From Nitrososphaerota archaeon (GTDB lineage: Archaea; Thermoproteota; Nitrososphaeria; Nitrososphaerales; Nitrosopumilaceae), in the NCBI GenBank assembly GCA_028867755.1, contig JAGWFT010000002.1:160001-224000 (forward strand): a stretch of 64,000 nt of DNA. The letters run 5' to 3'. The translations under genes were made by a program, and so were the position numbers. This document shows positions 38,286 to 48,836 of this stretch, piece after piece (positions within the stretch are counted from its first letter, which is position 1; each line of letters begins with the position of its first letter). A model generated the notes under the pieces. That model worked only from the letters and a program-made list of their open reading frames with translations, ran no database searches and was not told the DNA's origin.

Positions 38286-38975
38286 GTGGGCCTTGGAAGC
38301 AGTTGGGGGCAGGTACTTGATGTTCTGGAACAAATAATTCCAGTCTATGACAGGGTCAACTCGTTTATCTCTCTTGGAAAAGATCTAGAGTTTCGAGAGC
38401 GTGGAATACGCGGTAGAGTAAACAAGGGTGACATAGTACTTGATGCAGGTTCTGGGTTTGGCAACATGTCAAAGACTGCCATGAATCTTTGCGAAAATGA
38501 TCTCAAAATAACACTGTATGATCCACTCAGACCAATGTTACAGAACACAGGCAGGTTGTTTGCAAAAACACCAGACCTGACATGTGGCGTGTTTGAACAC
38601 ATTCCATTTAGGGACGAAAACTTTGATGCAGTAATTTGCGGATACTCGTTACGTGACGCAATAAGCCTGCGTATTGCAATATCTGAGATACATCGAGTCC
38701 TAAAAAAGGGAGGAAGATTTGTGATTGTTGATCTAGGCAAGCCAGACAACCCGGTGATAAGGCTAGGTGTATCATTTTATCTACGAGTTGTTTTGCCTGT
38801 GATTGCACTATCGGCAGGTGGAAGACTGGGACTGAAATTTGCAGCACTGTACCACACATACAAACTGTGGCCACAAAATAAAAAACTAGAATTCCTACTT
38901 TTAGAAAAATTTGCAAGAGTTGAATTTGATACTGGGATGATGGGTGGTGCTGTCATAGTTGCCGCTTACAAGTAG
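38286..38975 (+). CDS. UbiE/MenG-type SAM methyltransferase
   Basis: YDRVNSFISLG, LDAGSGFG, PFRDENFDAV..GYSLRD, E..RVLKKGG. Confidence 0.85.
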   Translation: MGLGSSWGQVLDVLEQIIPVYDRVNSFISLGKDLEFRERGIRGRVNKGDIVLDAGSGFGNMSKTAMNLCENDLKITLYDPLRPMLQNTGRLFAKTPDLTCGVFEHIPFRDENFDAVICGYSLRDAISLRIAISEIHRVLKKGGRFVIVDLGKPDNPVIRLGVSFYLRVVLPVIALSAGGRLGLKFAALYHTYKLWPQNKKLEFLLLEKFARVEFDTGMMGGAVIVAAYK

Positions 38976-39014
38976 TCTAAAGCTTTAATTCTGGAAAGCA
39001 CTCAAATCATTTCC

Positions 39015-39371
39015 GTGACAGATTTCTCCCTTACTATAATGGGAAATGACTGGATAATGATAGCATTTGTAGCACTAGTTATGCTGCTTGGAACAAAACG
39101 CATGCCAGAGGCGTCACGAAAAATTGGAAAGATAATGGGGCAATTTAACAAAACAAAAAACATTGTACAAGATGAGATTCAAAAGGCAAAGGGAGACTTT
39201 AGTGTGCCAATACAAGGCCCCGCGGCTTCTGAGAGGCAAAAACTTGAGGTCATGGCAAAAACTCTTGGAATAGATTATGTCAACAAGACCGATGACGATC
39301 TGAGAAATTTGATATCATCAAAGCTTGGGGGGCAAAAGACTAATCAAGGATCTGAACAACCAACGAAATAA
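39015..39371 (+). CDS. tatA: Twin-arginine translocase TatA/E subunit
   Basis: N-terminal TM LVMLLGTKRMPE plus amphipathic helix. Confidence 0.8.
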   Translation: MTDFSLTIMGNDWIMIAFVALVMLLGTKRMPEASRKIGKIMGQFNKTKNIVQDEIQKAKGDFSVPIQGPAASERQKLEVMAKTLGIDYVNKTDDDLRNLISSKLGGQKTNQGSEQPTK

Positions 39372-39426
39372 GACACTGCCAGTCTCAACAAATTTAAATA
39401 CATTCCAATGAGAAATATCGATAAGT

Positions 39427-40674
39427 TTGACCAAGATAGATCCCTGGCAGAATGCACTCAAGCAACTAGCATCAGCTTCAAAAATTTTAAAGCTTGATCC
39501 AGGTATACACGAGATGCTTGCGTCACCAAAAAAAGTTCTGACTGTTTCTCTTCCAGTAAAGATGGATGATGGAAGAATACGAGTTTTCACAGGATTTCGA
39601 TCACAACATAATGATTTTAGAGGCCCGTTCAAGGGAGGAATAAGATATCACCCAGATGTAACAATAGAAGAAGTAAAAGCACTCTCAATGTGGATGACCT
39701 GGAAGTGTTCTATAGTTGATGTTCCTTTTGGCGGTGGAAAGGGAGGAATCATCTGTGATCCTAAAAGACTTTCTGCTGGAGAGAAGGAGAGACTTACAAG
39801 AAGATATGCATATGCTATTTCTGAAATAATTGGACCTGGCAAGGATGTGCCAGCTCCTGATGTTTATACAACAGGAAAAGAGATGGCACAGATAATGGAT
39901 GTCTACAGTGTACTGCATGGACAGGGAGAGCCAGCTGTTATCACAGGCAAACCAATCCCAATAGGCGGCTCTCAGGCAAGAAATGTTGCAACAGGTCTTG
40001 GGGTATCATACTGTGTAAGAGAAGCTGCCAAGAAACTGGGCTTGAGATTAAAGGGCGCCAAAGTCGTAATACAAGGGTATGGCAATGCTGGAACTTTTGC
40101 GGCAGAATACATCGAGAAGATGGGCGCAAAGATAATCGCAGTAAGCGATTCAAAGGGTTCTATCATAAATACAAAGGGTTTGGATACAAAGAAAGTACTA
40201 GACTACAAGAACAAGGCAGGAAGCGTAGTTGGATATCCGGGAAGCAAAAAGATCTCAACAGAGCAGCTTCTTACCACACCGTGTGATGTATTGGTGCCAG
40301 CAGCTCTTGAGAACCAGATTACTCCACAGATTGCAAAAAATGTTGATTGTAAGCTAATTGCAGAGGCAGCAAATGGACCGACAACTCCAGAAGCTGATGA
40401 GGTTTTGTACAAGAATAAGATAATGGTAATCCCAGATATATTGGCAAACTCTGGCGGTGTATGCATTTCATATCTAGAATGGGTGCAGAACCTGCAGAGA
40501 TACTATTGGTCATTTGATGAGGTAGCAGGCAAGATGGAGCACCACATTGTAAAGGGATTCAATGACACGTACGCATTATCCAAAAAGCACAATGTCGACA
40601 TGAGAAAGGCAAGCATGGTACTTGCAGTAGGCAGAGTCTTAGATGCATACGACGCAAGAGGCCTCTGGCCGTAA
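39427..40674 (+). CDS. gdhA: Glutamate dehydrogenase
   Basis: GPFKGGIRYHP, MTWK, GGGKGG, DVPAPD, ITGKP, QGYGNAG, EAANGP, PDILANSGGV. Confidence 0.96.
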   Translation: MTKIDPWQNALKQLASASKILKLDPGIHEMLASPKKVLTVSLPVKMDDGRIRVFTGFRSQHNDFRGPFKGGIRYHPDVTIEEVKALSMWMTWKCSIVDVPFGGGKGGIICDPKRLSAGEKERLTRRYAYAISEIIGPGKDVPAPDVYTTGKEMAQIMDVYSVLHGQGEPAVITGKPIPIGGSQARNVATGLGVSYCVREAAKKLGLRLKGAKVVIQGYGNAGTFAAEYIEKMGAKIIAVSDSKGSIINTKGLDTKKVLDYKNKAGSVVGYPGSKKISTEQLLTTPCDVLVPAALENQITPQIAKNVDCKLIAEAANGPTTPEADEVLYKNKIMVIPDILANSGGVCISYLEWVQNLQRYYWSFDEVAGKMEHHIVKGFNDTYALSKKHNVDMRKASMVLAVGRVLDAYDARGLWP

Positions 40675-40800
40675 AAAAATTCAAAACCATCACAAGATAC
40701 GCACACATTCCACACGTACATATCATAATGACATTAATTGTTGTTTAATTGCACGAGTGGTAATCTTTACCTTACTTGGTATGGTATTTTTATCCTACTA

Positions 40801-40817
40801 GGTAGTAAATTACTACC
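40801..40817. promoter_or_regulatory. Perfect palindrome GGTAGTAA-A-TTACTACC just upstream of the pirin TATA box (TTTAAAT 40821-40827)
   Basis: 8-bp inverted repeat with a 1-nt spacer; shares GGTA-N9-TACC with the site at 41934-41950. Confidence 0.7.
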
Positions 40818-40850
40818 AGATTTAAATGTGCGGCTGCCTATTGTGTATAC

Positions 40851-41576
40851 ATGATAGAAACAATCAAGGCAAATGAACACCACAAAAGTGAGATGGATTG
40901 GCTGTCAACCTATTACCATTTCTCGTTTGCAGATTACTTTGACCCAAAGAAGATGAACTACGGGCCACTTCGTGTCTTCAACGATGACACCATACAACCC
41001 TCATCAGGATTTGATTTTCATCCGCACAGGGATATGGAGATCATAACATACGTAATTGACGGCAAACTTGAACATCATGACAACCATGGCAACCAAGGTG
41101 TAATTGGGCCAGGAGAGATTCAGGTGATGACAGCAGGTTCTGGCATACTGCATTCAGAACACAACAATTCAAAAGAAAAACCACTGCATCTTTTGCAAAT
41201 GTGGGTTATTCCAGACAAAAAAGGACTAGAACCATCATGGCAACAAAAGGAGTACTCTAAAGAACAAAGGTTCAACAAGCTATTGCAAGTTGTAACCCCG
41301 CTTGATTCAAGCACAAATGGTGCATTAACAATACATCAAAATGCGTCATTTTATGTCTCAAGCCTAACACCAGGAGCTGAAGTTATGCATGAGATACAAC
41401 CTGGAAGAAAAGTTTATGTGTTTGTCATAGATGGACAAGTTCAGATAAATGGTATCCCTATGCAGACAAGAGATGTTGCAAAAGCAGAAGATGAGCGCAA
41501 ACTATCAATCAGATCAAAAAACCAAGCTGAGTTGATATTGATTGACTTGCCAGAAAAATATGCAGTAAAAAACTAG
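40851..41576 (+). CDS. Pirin family protein (YhhW-like)
   Basis: GF..HPHRDMEIITY, EH.D..GN, MTAGSGI.HSE, LQMW. Confidence 0.93.
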   Translation: MIETIKANEHHKSEMDWLSTYYHFSFADYFDPKKMNYGPLRVFNDDTIQPSSGFDFHPHRDMEIITYVIDGKLEHHDNHGNQGVIGPGEIQVMTAGSGILHSEHNNSKEKPLHLLQMWVIPDKKGLEPSWQQKEYSKEQRFNKLLQVVTPLDSSTNGALTIHQNASFYVSSLTPGAEVMHEIQPGRKVYVFVIDGQVQINGIPMQTRDVAKAEDERKLSIRSKNQAELILIDLPEKYAVKN

Positions 41577-41911
41577 TCTTTTTTTTGTTTTGGCTTCCAT
41601 TTGTTTGCCCATTGACCCAACTCTTCAAGGACATCTTCCAGTTCTCTTGCTTGTTTTGTCAGACTGTATTCTACTCTCACAGGTATCTCTTGGTAAATTT
41701 TTTTAATCACAAGGCCATGCCCTTCCAACTCTGTTAGTCTGTCTGATAACACTGTACTGCTTATCCCGGAAACAAGTCTCTTTAATTCATTGAAGCGTAT
41801 GGTGCCATTTGTGCTTAGATTTCTTAGTATTACTAAAGACCATGTTCTACCAAGCACATGCCAAATATCAGAAACGTCACACTGTACCATTTTTTTATTT
41901 ATTGAATCCAA
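41573..41911 (-). CDS. HxlR-family winged-helix regulator (alternative ATG start at 41890)
   Basis: N-terminal Cys, LGRTWSLVIL, RFNELKR, ISSTVLSDRLTELE..GLV, YQEIPVRVEYSLT. Confidence 0.9.
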   Translation of the reverse strand: MDSINKKMVQCDVSDIWHVLGRTWSLVILRNLSTNGTIRFNELKRLVSGISSTVLSDRLTELEGHGLVIKKIYQEIPVRVEYSLTKQARELEDVLEELGQWANKWKPKQKKD

Positions 41912-41933
41912 CTGTGGTATGTTTTGCCTACCT

Positions 41934-41950
41934 GGTATTAAATACTTACC
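41934..41950. promoter_or_regulatory. GGTA-N9-TACC operator-like site overlapping the putative TATA box of the HxlR gene
   Basis: GGTATTAAATACTTACC; same length and ends as the pirin site. Confidence 0.6.
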
Positions 41951-42010
41951 ATATTTTTAGAAATTTAATCTTGATTTTGTACTGACACTCACGTAGAGTT
42001 TCCAATTAAT

Positions 42011-42814
42011 TTATCTGAGGCTTTCTTTGTCGCCATATGATTTTTGGCTTGTCTTGAATACCTTGATGTGATCATAGACTCCAAATGCGAACAATATGTA
42101 TGACCAGAGAAACAAAATATCTATCGGATCTCCCGTGTACACCGAGTTATCAAGTGACAAATACTGAAATCCTGTATCAGCTATTACCTCTACGATGACT
42201 CCAACCAGCATTAAGGACCAAAGAAAGTTCACCTTTCCTCCAAAAAATAACATCACTCCAATAAGAGCTGGCACTAGTACAATTGCGTCTGCAACTGGAT
42301 ACGCTGCGCCTAAATCTATGGACAGCTGATCTTCGCCTGAATTATTGTCAAGTGTCATGTACGTGTTTGGCACAAGCACTGCCACTGCAACCAATGAGGA
42401 AACTATTATCATCTTTCTGGTTATGCCGCCTTTGACAGGTTTTATGTATAATATTGCAAAGATAAAATATGCAGGATATCCTGCCATGTAAAAAACGTCA
42501 GCAAGTGAAGGAAATGGTTTCTGGTGATAGAAAAGCTCCAGTATCGTCCATACAGTTTCTGCGATGAACCACATTGCTGAAAATACAGTAAAAGAGATCC
42601 AAGCTTTTCCATGGCTTCCAGTAATGCCATGTCTTTTTGCAGATATTATGGACAAAACAACTACGGCGCCTGATATTGGCTCAAAGATCCAGTTAGTAAA
42701 GACAATTGCAGTCTCTTTTCCTATAAATTCTGAGACAAGTATTGCAATTCCAGTTGAAACTAGCATGAATAACATGAACCTCTGCTCCCTCAACTTCTGT
42801 ATGGGTGTCATCAA
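42011..42814 (-). CDS. Multi-TM sensor-like membrane protein (MASE-like) with no kinase domain
   Basis: About seven TM helices; GKAW..F, W..AE..W, FPS.AD.FY..GY and D....WSY motifs of sensor membrane domains. Confidence 0.65.
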   Translation of the reverse strand: MMTPIQKLREQRFMLFMLVSTGIAILVSEFIGKETAIVFTNWIFEPISGAVVVLSIISAKRHGITGSHGKAWISFTVFSAMWFIAETVWTILELFYHQKPFPSLADVFYMAGYPAYFIFAILYIKPVKGGITRKMIIVSSLVAVAVLVPNTYMTLDNNSGEDQLSIDLGAAYPVADAIVLVPALIGVMLFFGGKVNFLWSLMLVGVIVEVIADTGFQYLSLDNSVYTGDPIDILFLWSYILFAFGVYDHIKVFKTSQKSYGDKESLR

Positions 42815-42819
42815 AACTT

Positions 42820-43128
42820 TCAGACACTAATTCTTGCAATAAATGTGTCTATTCCTTTCTGAGTTTCAAACTCTTCGAGTTGCTTTTTTATTGATTCAAT
42901 TATGGTGGTCGCACAATTACCATAAAGATCTTGTAATGTTTTTTTCAAGTATTCTGGATGTTCATAACAATCAGGAAGATAACATTTGTATTCTTTGCCT
43001 AGTCTTCCTATTACTTCATCATGTGCAGGCTTGCCTATCTTGAAAAGCACAGTCTCTATAGCCAAAGTTACTAGAGCTTTTCGCACATTATAGTCACTTG
43101 AACTCATTCTACCATAACCCCAATCCAT
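42820..43128 (-). CDS. Small thaumarchaeal output-domain-like protein (NitrOD-type)
   Basis: LAIETVL.KIGKP....V..RL...Y.C.L.DCYEHPEYL...L.DLYG pattern. Confidence 0.6.
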   Translation of the reverse strand: MDWGYGRMSSSDYNVRKALVTLAIETVLFKIGKPAHDEVIGRLGKEYKCYLPDCYEHPEYLKKTLQDLYGNCATTIIESIKKQLEEFETQKGIDTFIARISV

Positions 43129-43286
43129 TCTCCTTTTTATGCTACTTAACTATTTTTAATTCCATTTCTTGGAATTGGCTAAAATATCTCGTTTTTTGAA
43201 TTAATATAAAATAAATTTAATTTTTCAAGTATGTATTATGAAAAAACTTGATAGTGGTGTTGGAAAATAAAAATTAAGATCTGAAT

Positions 43287-43646
43287 TTAAGATGTGCTAA
43301 ACGAGTGACCGCAAGAGCATGACTTGGTCACGTTTGGATTGTTTATCTTAAATCCAGCACCCATTAGGCTCTCAATGTAGTCAATATTTGCACCTTTTAG
43401 ATATTCAGCGCTGTAACTGTCAACAATCATCTTTACGCCATTTTCTTCGATCAAAAGATCATCTTCTTCGGCCTTTTTCTCAAAGCCCATTCCGTAAGAC
43501 AATCCAGAGCATCCTCCACCCTGTACGTAAACTCTCAGAAATTCTGGCTTTTCTGCTTCCTCTTTCATGAAGGCAGATACCTTTTCTGCAGCCTTTGGCG
43601 TGATTGTAACGAGTTTTGCTGCCTGTGTATTGCTCATAAGACACAT
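43287..43646 (-). CDS. Fe-S cluster assembly accessory protein (HesB/IscA/ErpA)
   Basis: GGGCSGLSY, GF...NPN...SCSCG.SF. Confidence 0.93.
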   Translation of the reverse strand: MCLMSNTQAAKLVTITPKAAEKVSAFMKEEAEKPEFLRVYVQGGGCSGLSYGMGFEKKAEEDDLLIEENGVKMIVDSYSAEYLKGANIDYIESLMGAGFKINNPNVTKSCSCGHSFSTS

Positions 43647-43719
43647 TCATGCTCTAAATTATAATAATCTTTTCATACCGGGCATATTCGGAATTAAATG
43701 GCAAGAACGAGAGTATTTT

Positions 43720-44481
43720 CTATTTCTTTGACTTGTTTACAAATGCAGTCATTCTCTCAGTCCTGTCTGGGTGTGTAAAGCACAGTCCCCATGTGTATAA
43801 TTCCAGTGCAAGACCTGTGTCAATGTCGGCATTTCTACCCTTGTTTATTGCAATTTTTGACATTCTTACTGCCATTGGAGAGTTCTGTGCAATCATTTTT
43901 GCGACATTTGTTGTCTCCTCCATCAGTTTTCCAATCTCTACAACTTTGTTTACAAGGCCCATCTCTTTTGCCTCATCTGACTTTACCATTCTACCAGTAT
44001 AGATCAAATCCTTCGCCTGCGATATTCCGATAATTCTCTGCAGCCTTTGTGTACCGCCCCATCCAGGACAGACACCAATCGTTACCTCTGGCTGGCCCAT
44101 CCTTGCAGTATCGGCAGCTATTCTGATGTCACATGCAAGTGCAAGTTCACATCCGCCACCAAGTGCAAATCCATTTACTGCTGCAATAGTTGGCCTGCTA
44201 CAATTTTCTACTGTATATGTAAGTAGATGGCCAAGCTTTGCATAAGTTTCTGCCTCGATTGGAGTAATTGTTGACATGTATGCAATGTCTGCACCTGCAG
44301 AAAATGCCTTGTCGCCCTCACCTGTAAGAACTACCACCTTTACTGAATCATCTGTCTCTATTTCCTTGAATACCTTGATGATGTCATTTGCAACATCCAT
44401 GTTCATGGCATTGAGCTTGTCTGGTCTGTTTATCTTGATAGTACAAATTCCATCTGATTTTGAGACGATGACAAGAGACAT
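43720..44481 (-). CDS. Crotonase; probable 3-hydroxypropionyl-CoA dehydratase/crotonyl-CoA hydratase of the 3HP/4HB cycle
   Basis: [45 protein letters not shown]; adjacent to the ADP-forming synthetase, as in AOA. Confidence 0.85.
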   Translation of the reverse strand: MSLVIVSKSDGICTIKINRPDKLNAMNMDVANDIIKVFKEIETDDSVKVVVLTGEGDKAFSAGADIAYMSTITPIEAETYAKLGHLLTYTVENCSRPTIAAVNGFALGGGCELALACDIRIAADTARMGQPEVTIGVCPGWGGTQRLQRIIGISQAKDLIYTGRMVKSDEAKEMGLVNKVVEIGKLMEETTNVAKMIAQNSPMAVRMSKIAINKGRNADIDTGLALELYTWGLCFTHPDRTERMTAFVNKSKK

Positions 44482-44506
44482 GTTGGGACTCCAAACTATG
44501 AGGAAA

Positions 44507-46639
44507 TTAAACCTTGTCTGGTTTATGTTTTCCCCACTGGTGCAGGGCTGAAGCTGCTGCTACCCAGTTTCTAATATCATCATACACTGGGACACTATGT
44601 TTCTCAATTAGTGCTGATACCTTTTGTGTGTAGGGACCGCCGTTTCCCCCCACAAGCAATGGTTTCTTTCCTTGCTTTGAAAATTCTCCGAGGTAGTCAA
44701 TTATTGTCTCTTCTAGCGGGTCGTCTTGGAAGACAAACCACGGCATTACAATATCGATATTAGGATCGTCCATGAACTTTTGAATTGCATATCTGTAATC
44801 ATCTGCATTTGCACCGCCTGTGACATCAGCAGGGTTGCCGTTTCCAATTACATATGTTGGAGGATAGTGTTCTTTCATCTCTTTTAGTGTGGCCTCTGTT
44901 ACCTTGCCAAGCTCTAGTCCAAATTTTTCAAACTGGTCGATTGCACCAATCATTGGGCCTGCTCCGTTACTTACCAGTGCAACACTTGGACCTTTTGCCG
45001 CAGGTTGCCAAGCCAATCCCTTTACTGCAGATGCAAGTTCTTGGTAGCTGTCTACTGATACGATTCCTGCTTGCTTGAATGCACCCATGATAATTGCGTT
45101 AGAACCGCCAAGTGAACCTGTGTGTGATGCTGCCTGCTTTGCTCCAAGTGTAGTTCTTCCGCTCTTCCATATTATGATGGGCTTTTTCTTTTCTTTCATC
45201 ACACGCTTTGCAGTCTCGATGAATTTGCGGCCATCGCCAAATCCTTCAACATATAGTGCAATTACCTTTGTTTGAGGATCATTTGCCAGGTACCATATCA
45301 TGTCAGCTTCGTCTACATCTGACCTGTTTCCATAGCTGACCATTTTAGAAAGTCCAAATGAATCTGCAGTCTCAAGGAAACTGATTCCCATTGTTCCGCT
45401 CTGTGATAGCAGTGCTACTGGGCCTTGTTTTGCACGTACCATTCTTGCCTGTCCCTGGAATGCACAATCAAGTCTGTTTGCTGCATTGAACATGCCTATG
45501 CAGTTTGGACCAATTATTCTGATTTTATTTTGCTCTGAGAGTCTCTTTATCTCAGCTTCAAATCCTGCTCGCTCTCCTCCAAGTTCCTTTCCTCCACCTG
45601 ATACGATGACAACATTGTGAATTCCTTTCTTTGCACATGTTTGAAGAACTGGTGGAGTAATAGACAGATCAACACATACGACAACAAGGTCTACTGGTTC
45701 TTGTATTGATTCAAGATCTGGATAACACTTGAGTCCTAGGATCTCTTCTGCTTTTGGATTAATTGGATATACCTTGCCTTTGTAATCGTGCTTTGCAATG
45801 CTATCAAGAACAGAGTTACCAACCTTTCCAGGTGTGGCAGAAGCTCCAACAAGTGCAACTGATTGTGGAGTGAAAAATGCCTCCATGAATTCAATGTTGG
45901 GCTGGTCTTTGGAAATTGCATTCTTTTTTACCTCTTTTCTTAGAATTATCTTTGCATCAACAACATAGTATGACTTTGGATACACCACAATTGGATTGAA
46001 ATCAACACTGTCAAAATAGTCTGCATTGTCTACTCCTACTTTTCCAATCTGTACTAGTGCCTTTGCAAGCATGTTCAGGTCTACTGGCTTGCTGCCTCTA
46101 TACCCCTGGAGTATCTTGGAGCCCTTTAATTCTGCAAGCATTGATTTTGCATCATCAATGCTAATTGGGAGCATTCTAAATGCAACATCTTTGAATATTT
46201 CAGTCAAGATTCCCCCAAGTCCTACCATTATGACAGGACCAAACTGTGGGTCGTTTTGTAATCCTACAATAAGTTCTATTCCTTGCGGAACCATTTTTTC
46301 AAGCAGGATTCCTTTTAGCTCTACACCTTTCTTCTTGGATAGTCTTGAATACATGTCAGTAAATGCTTTTTTGACCTCTTTTTCATTTTGTAGCCCAACC
46401 TTTACTCCACCGACATCAGTCTTGTGAAGAATCTGTGGCGACACTACTTTCATGACAAGTGGGTATCCAATCTTTTTAGCTGCACGGGTTGCCTCCTTTG
46501 CGTTTTTTACTAGTGCATATCCTGGAACTTTGATTCCATATTTTTTCAAAACTGATTTTGAGAGCTCTTCTGTGATTACCTTATGATCTGTTGATATTGT
46601 CTGTTCAAAAATTTTTGTAACCGTACTCAAAGCGAACAC
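44507..46639 (-). CDS. ADP-forming acyl-CoA synthetase; probable 3-hydroxypropionyl-CoA synthetase
   Basis: N-terminal ATP-grasp ([12 protein letters not shown]), CoA-binding [19 protein letters not shown], phospho-His SHTG; synteny with the crotonase. Confidence 0.82.
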   Translation of the reverse strand: MFALSTVTKIFEQTISTDHKVITEELSKSVLKKYGIKVPGYALVKNAKEATRAAKKIGYPLVMKVVSPQILHKTDVGGVKVGLQNEKEVKKAFTDMYSRLSKKKGVELKGILLEKMVPQGIELIVGLQNDPQFGPVIMVGLGGILTEIFKDVAFRMLPISIDDAKSMLAELKGSKILQGYRGSKPVDLNMLAKALVQIGKVGVDNADYFDSVDFNPIVVYPKSYYVVDAKIILRKEVKKNAISKDQPNIEFMEAFFTPQSVALVGASATPGKVGNSVLDSIAKHDYKGKVYPINPKAEEILGLKCYPDLESIQEPVDLVVVCVDLSITPPVLQTCAKKGIHNVVIVSGGGKELGGERAGFEAEIKRLSEQNKIRIIGPNCIGMFNAANRLDCAFQGQARMVRAKQGPVALLSQSGTMGISFLETADSFGLSKMVSYGNRSDVDEADMIWYLANDPQTKVIALYVEGFGDGRKFIETAKRVMKEKKKPIIIWKSGRTTLGAKQAASHTGSLGGSNAIIMGAFKQAGIVSVDSYQELASAVKGLAWQPAAKGPSVALVSNGAGPMIGAIDQFEKFGLELGKVTEATLKEMKEHYPPTYVIGNGNPADVTGGANADDYRYAIQKFMDDPNIDIVMPWFVFQDDPLEETIIDYLGEFSKQGKKPLLVGGNGGPYTQKVSALIEKHSVPVYDDIRNWVAAASALHQWGKHKPDKV

Positions 46640-46717
46640 TCCTTTTTATCTGCACAGAACATGGTCTGAATTCTAGTTTGAAGCATAATAACGAGATCCG
46701 AGTCTTGATGTCATTAT

Positions 46718-47279
46718 ATTAAACTTTTGTCAATGTGTGGGAAATAGTTTTAACTCAAATTCTCCTTTAGTCTATATTTTACAATTTTCTTTACTACATC
46801 AAATGGAATCTCCTTATCTATCGGAAATTGGACAGACCCTTTTGCTTGCTTATATGGAGATAACTCTTTTTTGAAAGCAATGATTGCTGATGGAGTGGGA
46901 TAAAACCCAATATGATTCTTGAATGCTGCGAAATGCACCAAGTTGCCATTGAGCTTGAATGTAGGTATTCCATAATTTATCGTCTCTTCAGCTTTAGGTG
47001 CAGATTCACTGATTACATATCTTAGTTTTTTTAAAATATCTTGGACATTTTTTGGAAACGTAGCGATATATTCGTCCATGGTTTTAAATTGTTTTCTGGG
47101 CGTGGTCATGTTATTCTTTTTATAAATTAAAATTTATAAATACGATGTTTTTGTAACGGGAAGAATTCTATACAACTGCTGTATCATTGTTTTTCCTAGT
47201 GATATTACAGCAAGGATGAAGACAATTGAGAATTTAATTGAGTTTAAGAGTGTGTAATACGTCATTAAACTTTTGTCAA
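46718..47279 (+). repeat. 16-bp direct repeat ATTAAACTTTTGTCAA at 46718-46733 and 47264-47279, flanking the DUF1801 gene
   Basis: Exact match seen by inspection. Confidence 0.75.
46750..47109 (-). CDS. DUF1801 (YdhG-like) protein
   Basis: TMDEYIA, P.AEETINYGIPTF, HFAAFKNHIGFYP, KGSVQFP. Confidence 0.9.
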   Translation of the reverse strand: MTTPRKQFKTMDEYIATFPKNVQDILKKLRYVISESAPKAEETINYGIPTFKLNGNLVHFAAFKNHIGFYPTPSAIIAFKKELSPYKQAKGSVQFPIDKEIPFDVVKKIVKYRLKENLS

Positions 47280-47401
47280 AATGAGGAAAAAATATATCTT
47301 AAACCAAAAAGATCCTGTCTTGTCATATCACCATGATTTTTCATTTGCAACACCTAAAGGTAACCCCACAACAAAGGTAAATTTGTGTACAGAGAATTTT
47401 A

Positions 47402-48760
47402 TTATCTTATCTGAATTATTCCATTATTAATCAAATACTGTATTGCTTTAATAAATTCACTATCAGATACCTGTCCATCTGCCCACCATTTAGCAGTACT
47501 CTTAACCCATTGTGGAATTTGCTGTGATGTAGAGTTAGTTGCCGTAGCTTGAGGAATCTGAATTATTCCTTTTTGAATAAGATATTGAATTCCTTTCGCA
47601 AAATCAGAATCCCCAACAGACCCCTCTGCCCACCATTTGGCATTGTTCTTAACCCAGGAAGGCATGGTTATACTTGTCTGTGCTGTAGTAAGGGAGGTAG
47701 AGTTTTTCTGTTCAAGAACCGTGTTATTGTTCTGTTCTATGATTGTTTGGTTTTGGTTCTGATCTTGAAGTGTGGAGATAGATGCTAGCCAATCTACTGT
47801 ATCACTTACGGCTTGATTTTCAAAGCCTTGAAAATCATGTACATTACCACTTGTTGCAGTAGTGTAGATCTTCAAGTCTGCCTTTGGACTAGATGTAGCA
47901 TTACCATAGTACCACTGATCCCACTTTAGAAGATTATCATTTTGGTGAACCAGCACTAGGACTGGAACAGACACAGAATGCATTGTTTTAACTGAATCCA
48001 GATTACTGTCAGGTCCAATCCAACTGAGCCATGTTCTAGCAGAGAAAGGAGTGGGTGAAGGTGTGGAAGGTCCTGGTGGAAATATTGAACCAGTATAGAC
48101 GATTTGGTCACCCGAACCCTTGGCAACCAGATCAGTCGCTTGATTTGTGATTTTATTGTATTGTTGCGTACCAAGAGCGTGCGGGGCCGAATGTTTGAAA
48201 ACCGACGCAGCAGCATACAACCCTATTGCCACAATAGATGGGTCTCTGGTTTGAGCTTGGTAGTAGATAACCTCATGAGCACCATCGCTGTGTCCTGCAA
48301 GGAAGATGCTATTGTACCCTTGCTCTTTCATGAATTTCACTGCAGATGCAATATCCTTTACAGAATCTTCGAATACAGAAGTTGGGAAGTTATGAGATCG
48401 TGTCATATCAAGCGAGAGAACAGTAAAGCCTTTCGAAGACAAAAGGTTTGGAATGGAGTTGAAAAACGGCTCATTGATGTTGCCCTGAAAACCCCCATGA
48501 ATCAGAATTATGCCGATCTTCGTGGTTCCAGATGATGGAGTATTTAGCAGACCAGTCATCTGGACTCCGTCTCCACGTGGAAAATTTACTTGCTGGGAAG
48601 AAACACTGATAGCTGCAGAGGACTTTACTAAAGGGTAAGGCGACAGAAAAAGTAAAGATATGACTAGAATTGTCTGGACTGTACGATTTAGTTGTAGCCT
48701 CACTTTGACTCTGTTCAATCTGGGCATGTGAATTATTTTATCTTTCCGTGGATAGAACAC
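47402..48760 (-). CDS. Secreted alpha/beta-hydrolase with a C-terminal thaumarchaeal W-rich (PxWVKxxAKWW) repeat domain
   Basis: Signal/TM segment, IHG oxyanion motif, nucleophile elbow GHSDG, candidate Asp (HQND) and His (VHDF); two MPSWVKNNAKWW/IPQWVKSTAKWW repeats. Confidence 0.75.
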   Translation of the reverse strand: MFYPRKDKIIHMPRLNRVKVRLQLNRTVQTILVISLLFLSPYPLVKSSAAISVSSQQVNFPRGDGVQMTGLLNTPSSGTTKIGIILIHGGFQGNINEPFFNSIPNLLSSKGFTVLSLDMTRSHNFPTSVFEDSVKDIASAVKFMKEQGYNSIFLAGHSDGAHEVIYYQAQTRDPSIVAIGLYAAASVFKHSAPHALGTQQYNKITNQATDLVAKGSGDQIVYTGSIFPPGPSTPSPTPFSARTWLSWIGPDSNLDSVKTMHSVSVPVLVLVHQNDNLLKWDQWYYGNATSSPKADLKIYTTATSGNVHDFQGFENQAVSDTVDWLASISTLQDQNQNQTIIEQNNNTVLEQKNSTSLTTAQTSITMPSWVKNNAKWWAEGSVGDSDFAKGIQYLIQKGIIQIPQATATNSTSQQIPQWVKSTAKWWADGQVSDSEFIKAIQYLINNGIIQIR

Positions 48761-48836
48761 AATGTAATGGGAAAGTATGAGATCTATACAATGTTGGATT
48801 TATAACAAGAGAGTTTAATATGGAATTAAAATTTTA

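Noticed and set aside
43720-46639. 3HP/4HB carbon-fixation gene pair as a new system
   Set aside because: This is a characterised AOA pathway; annotation only.
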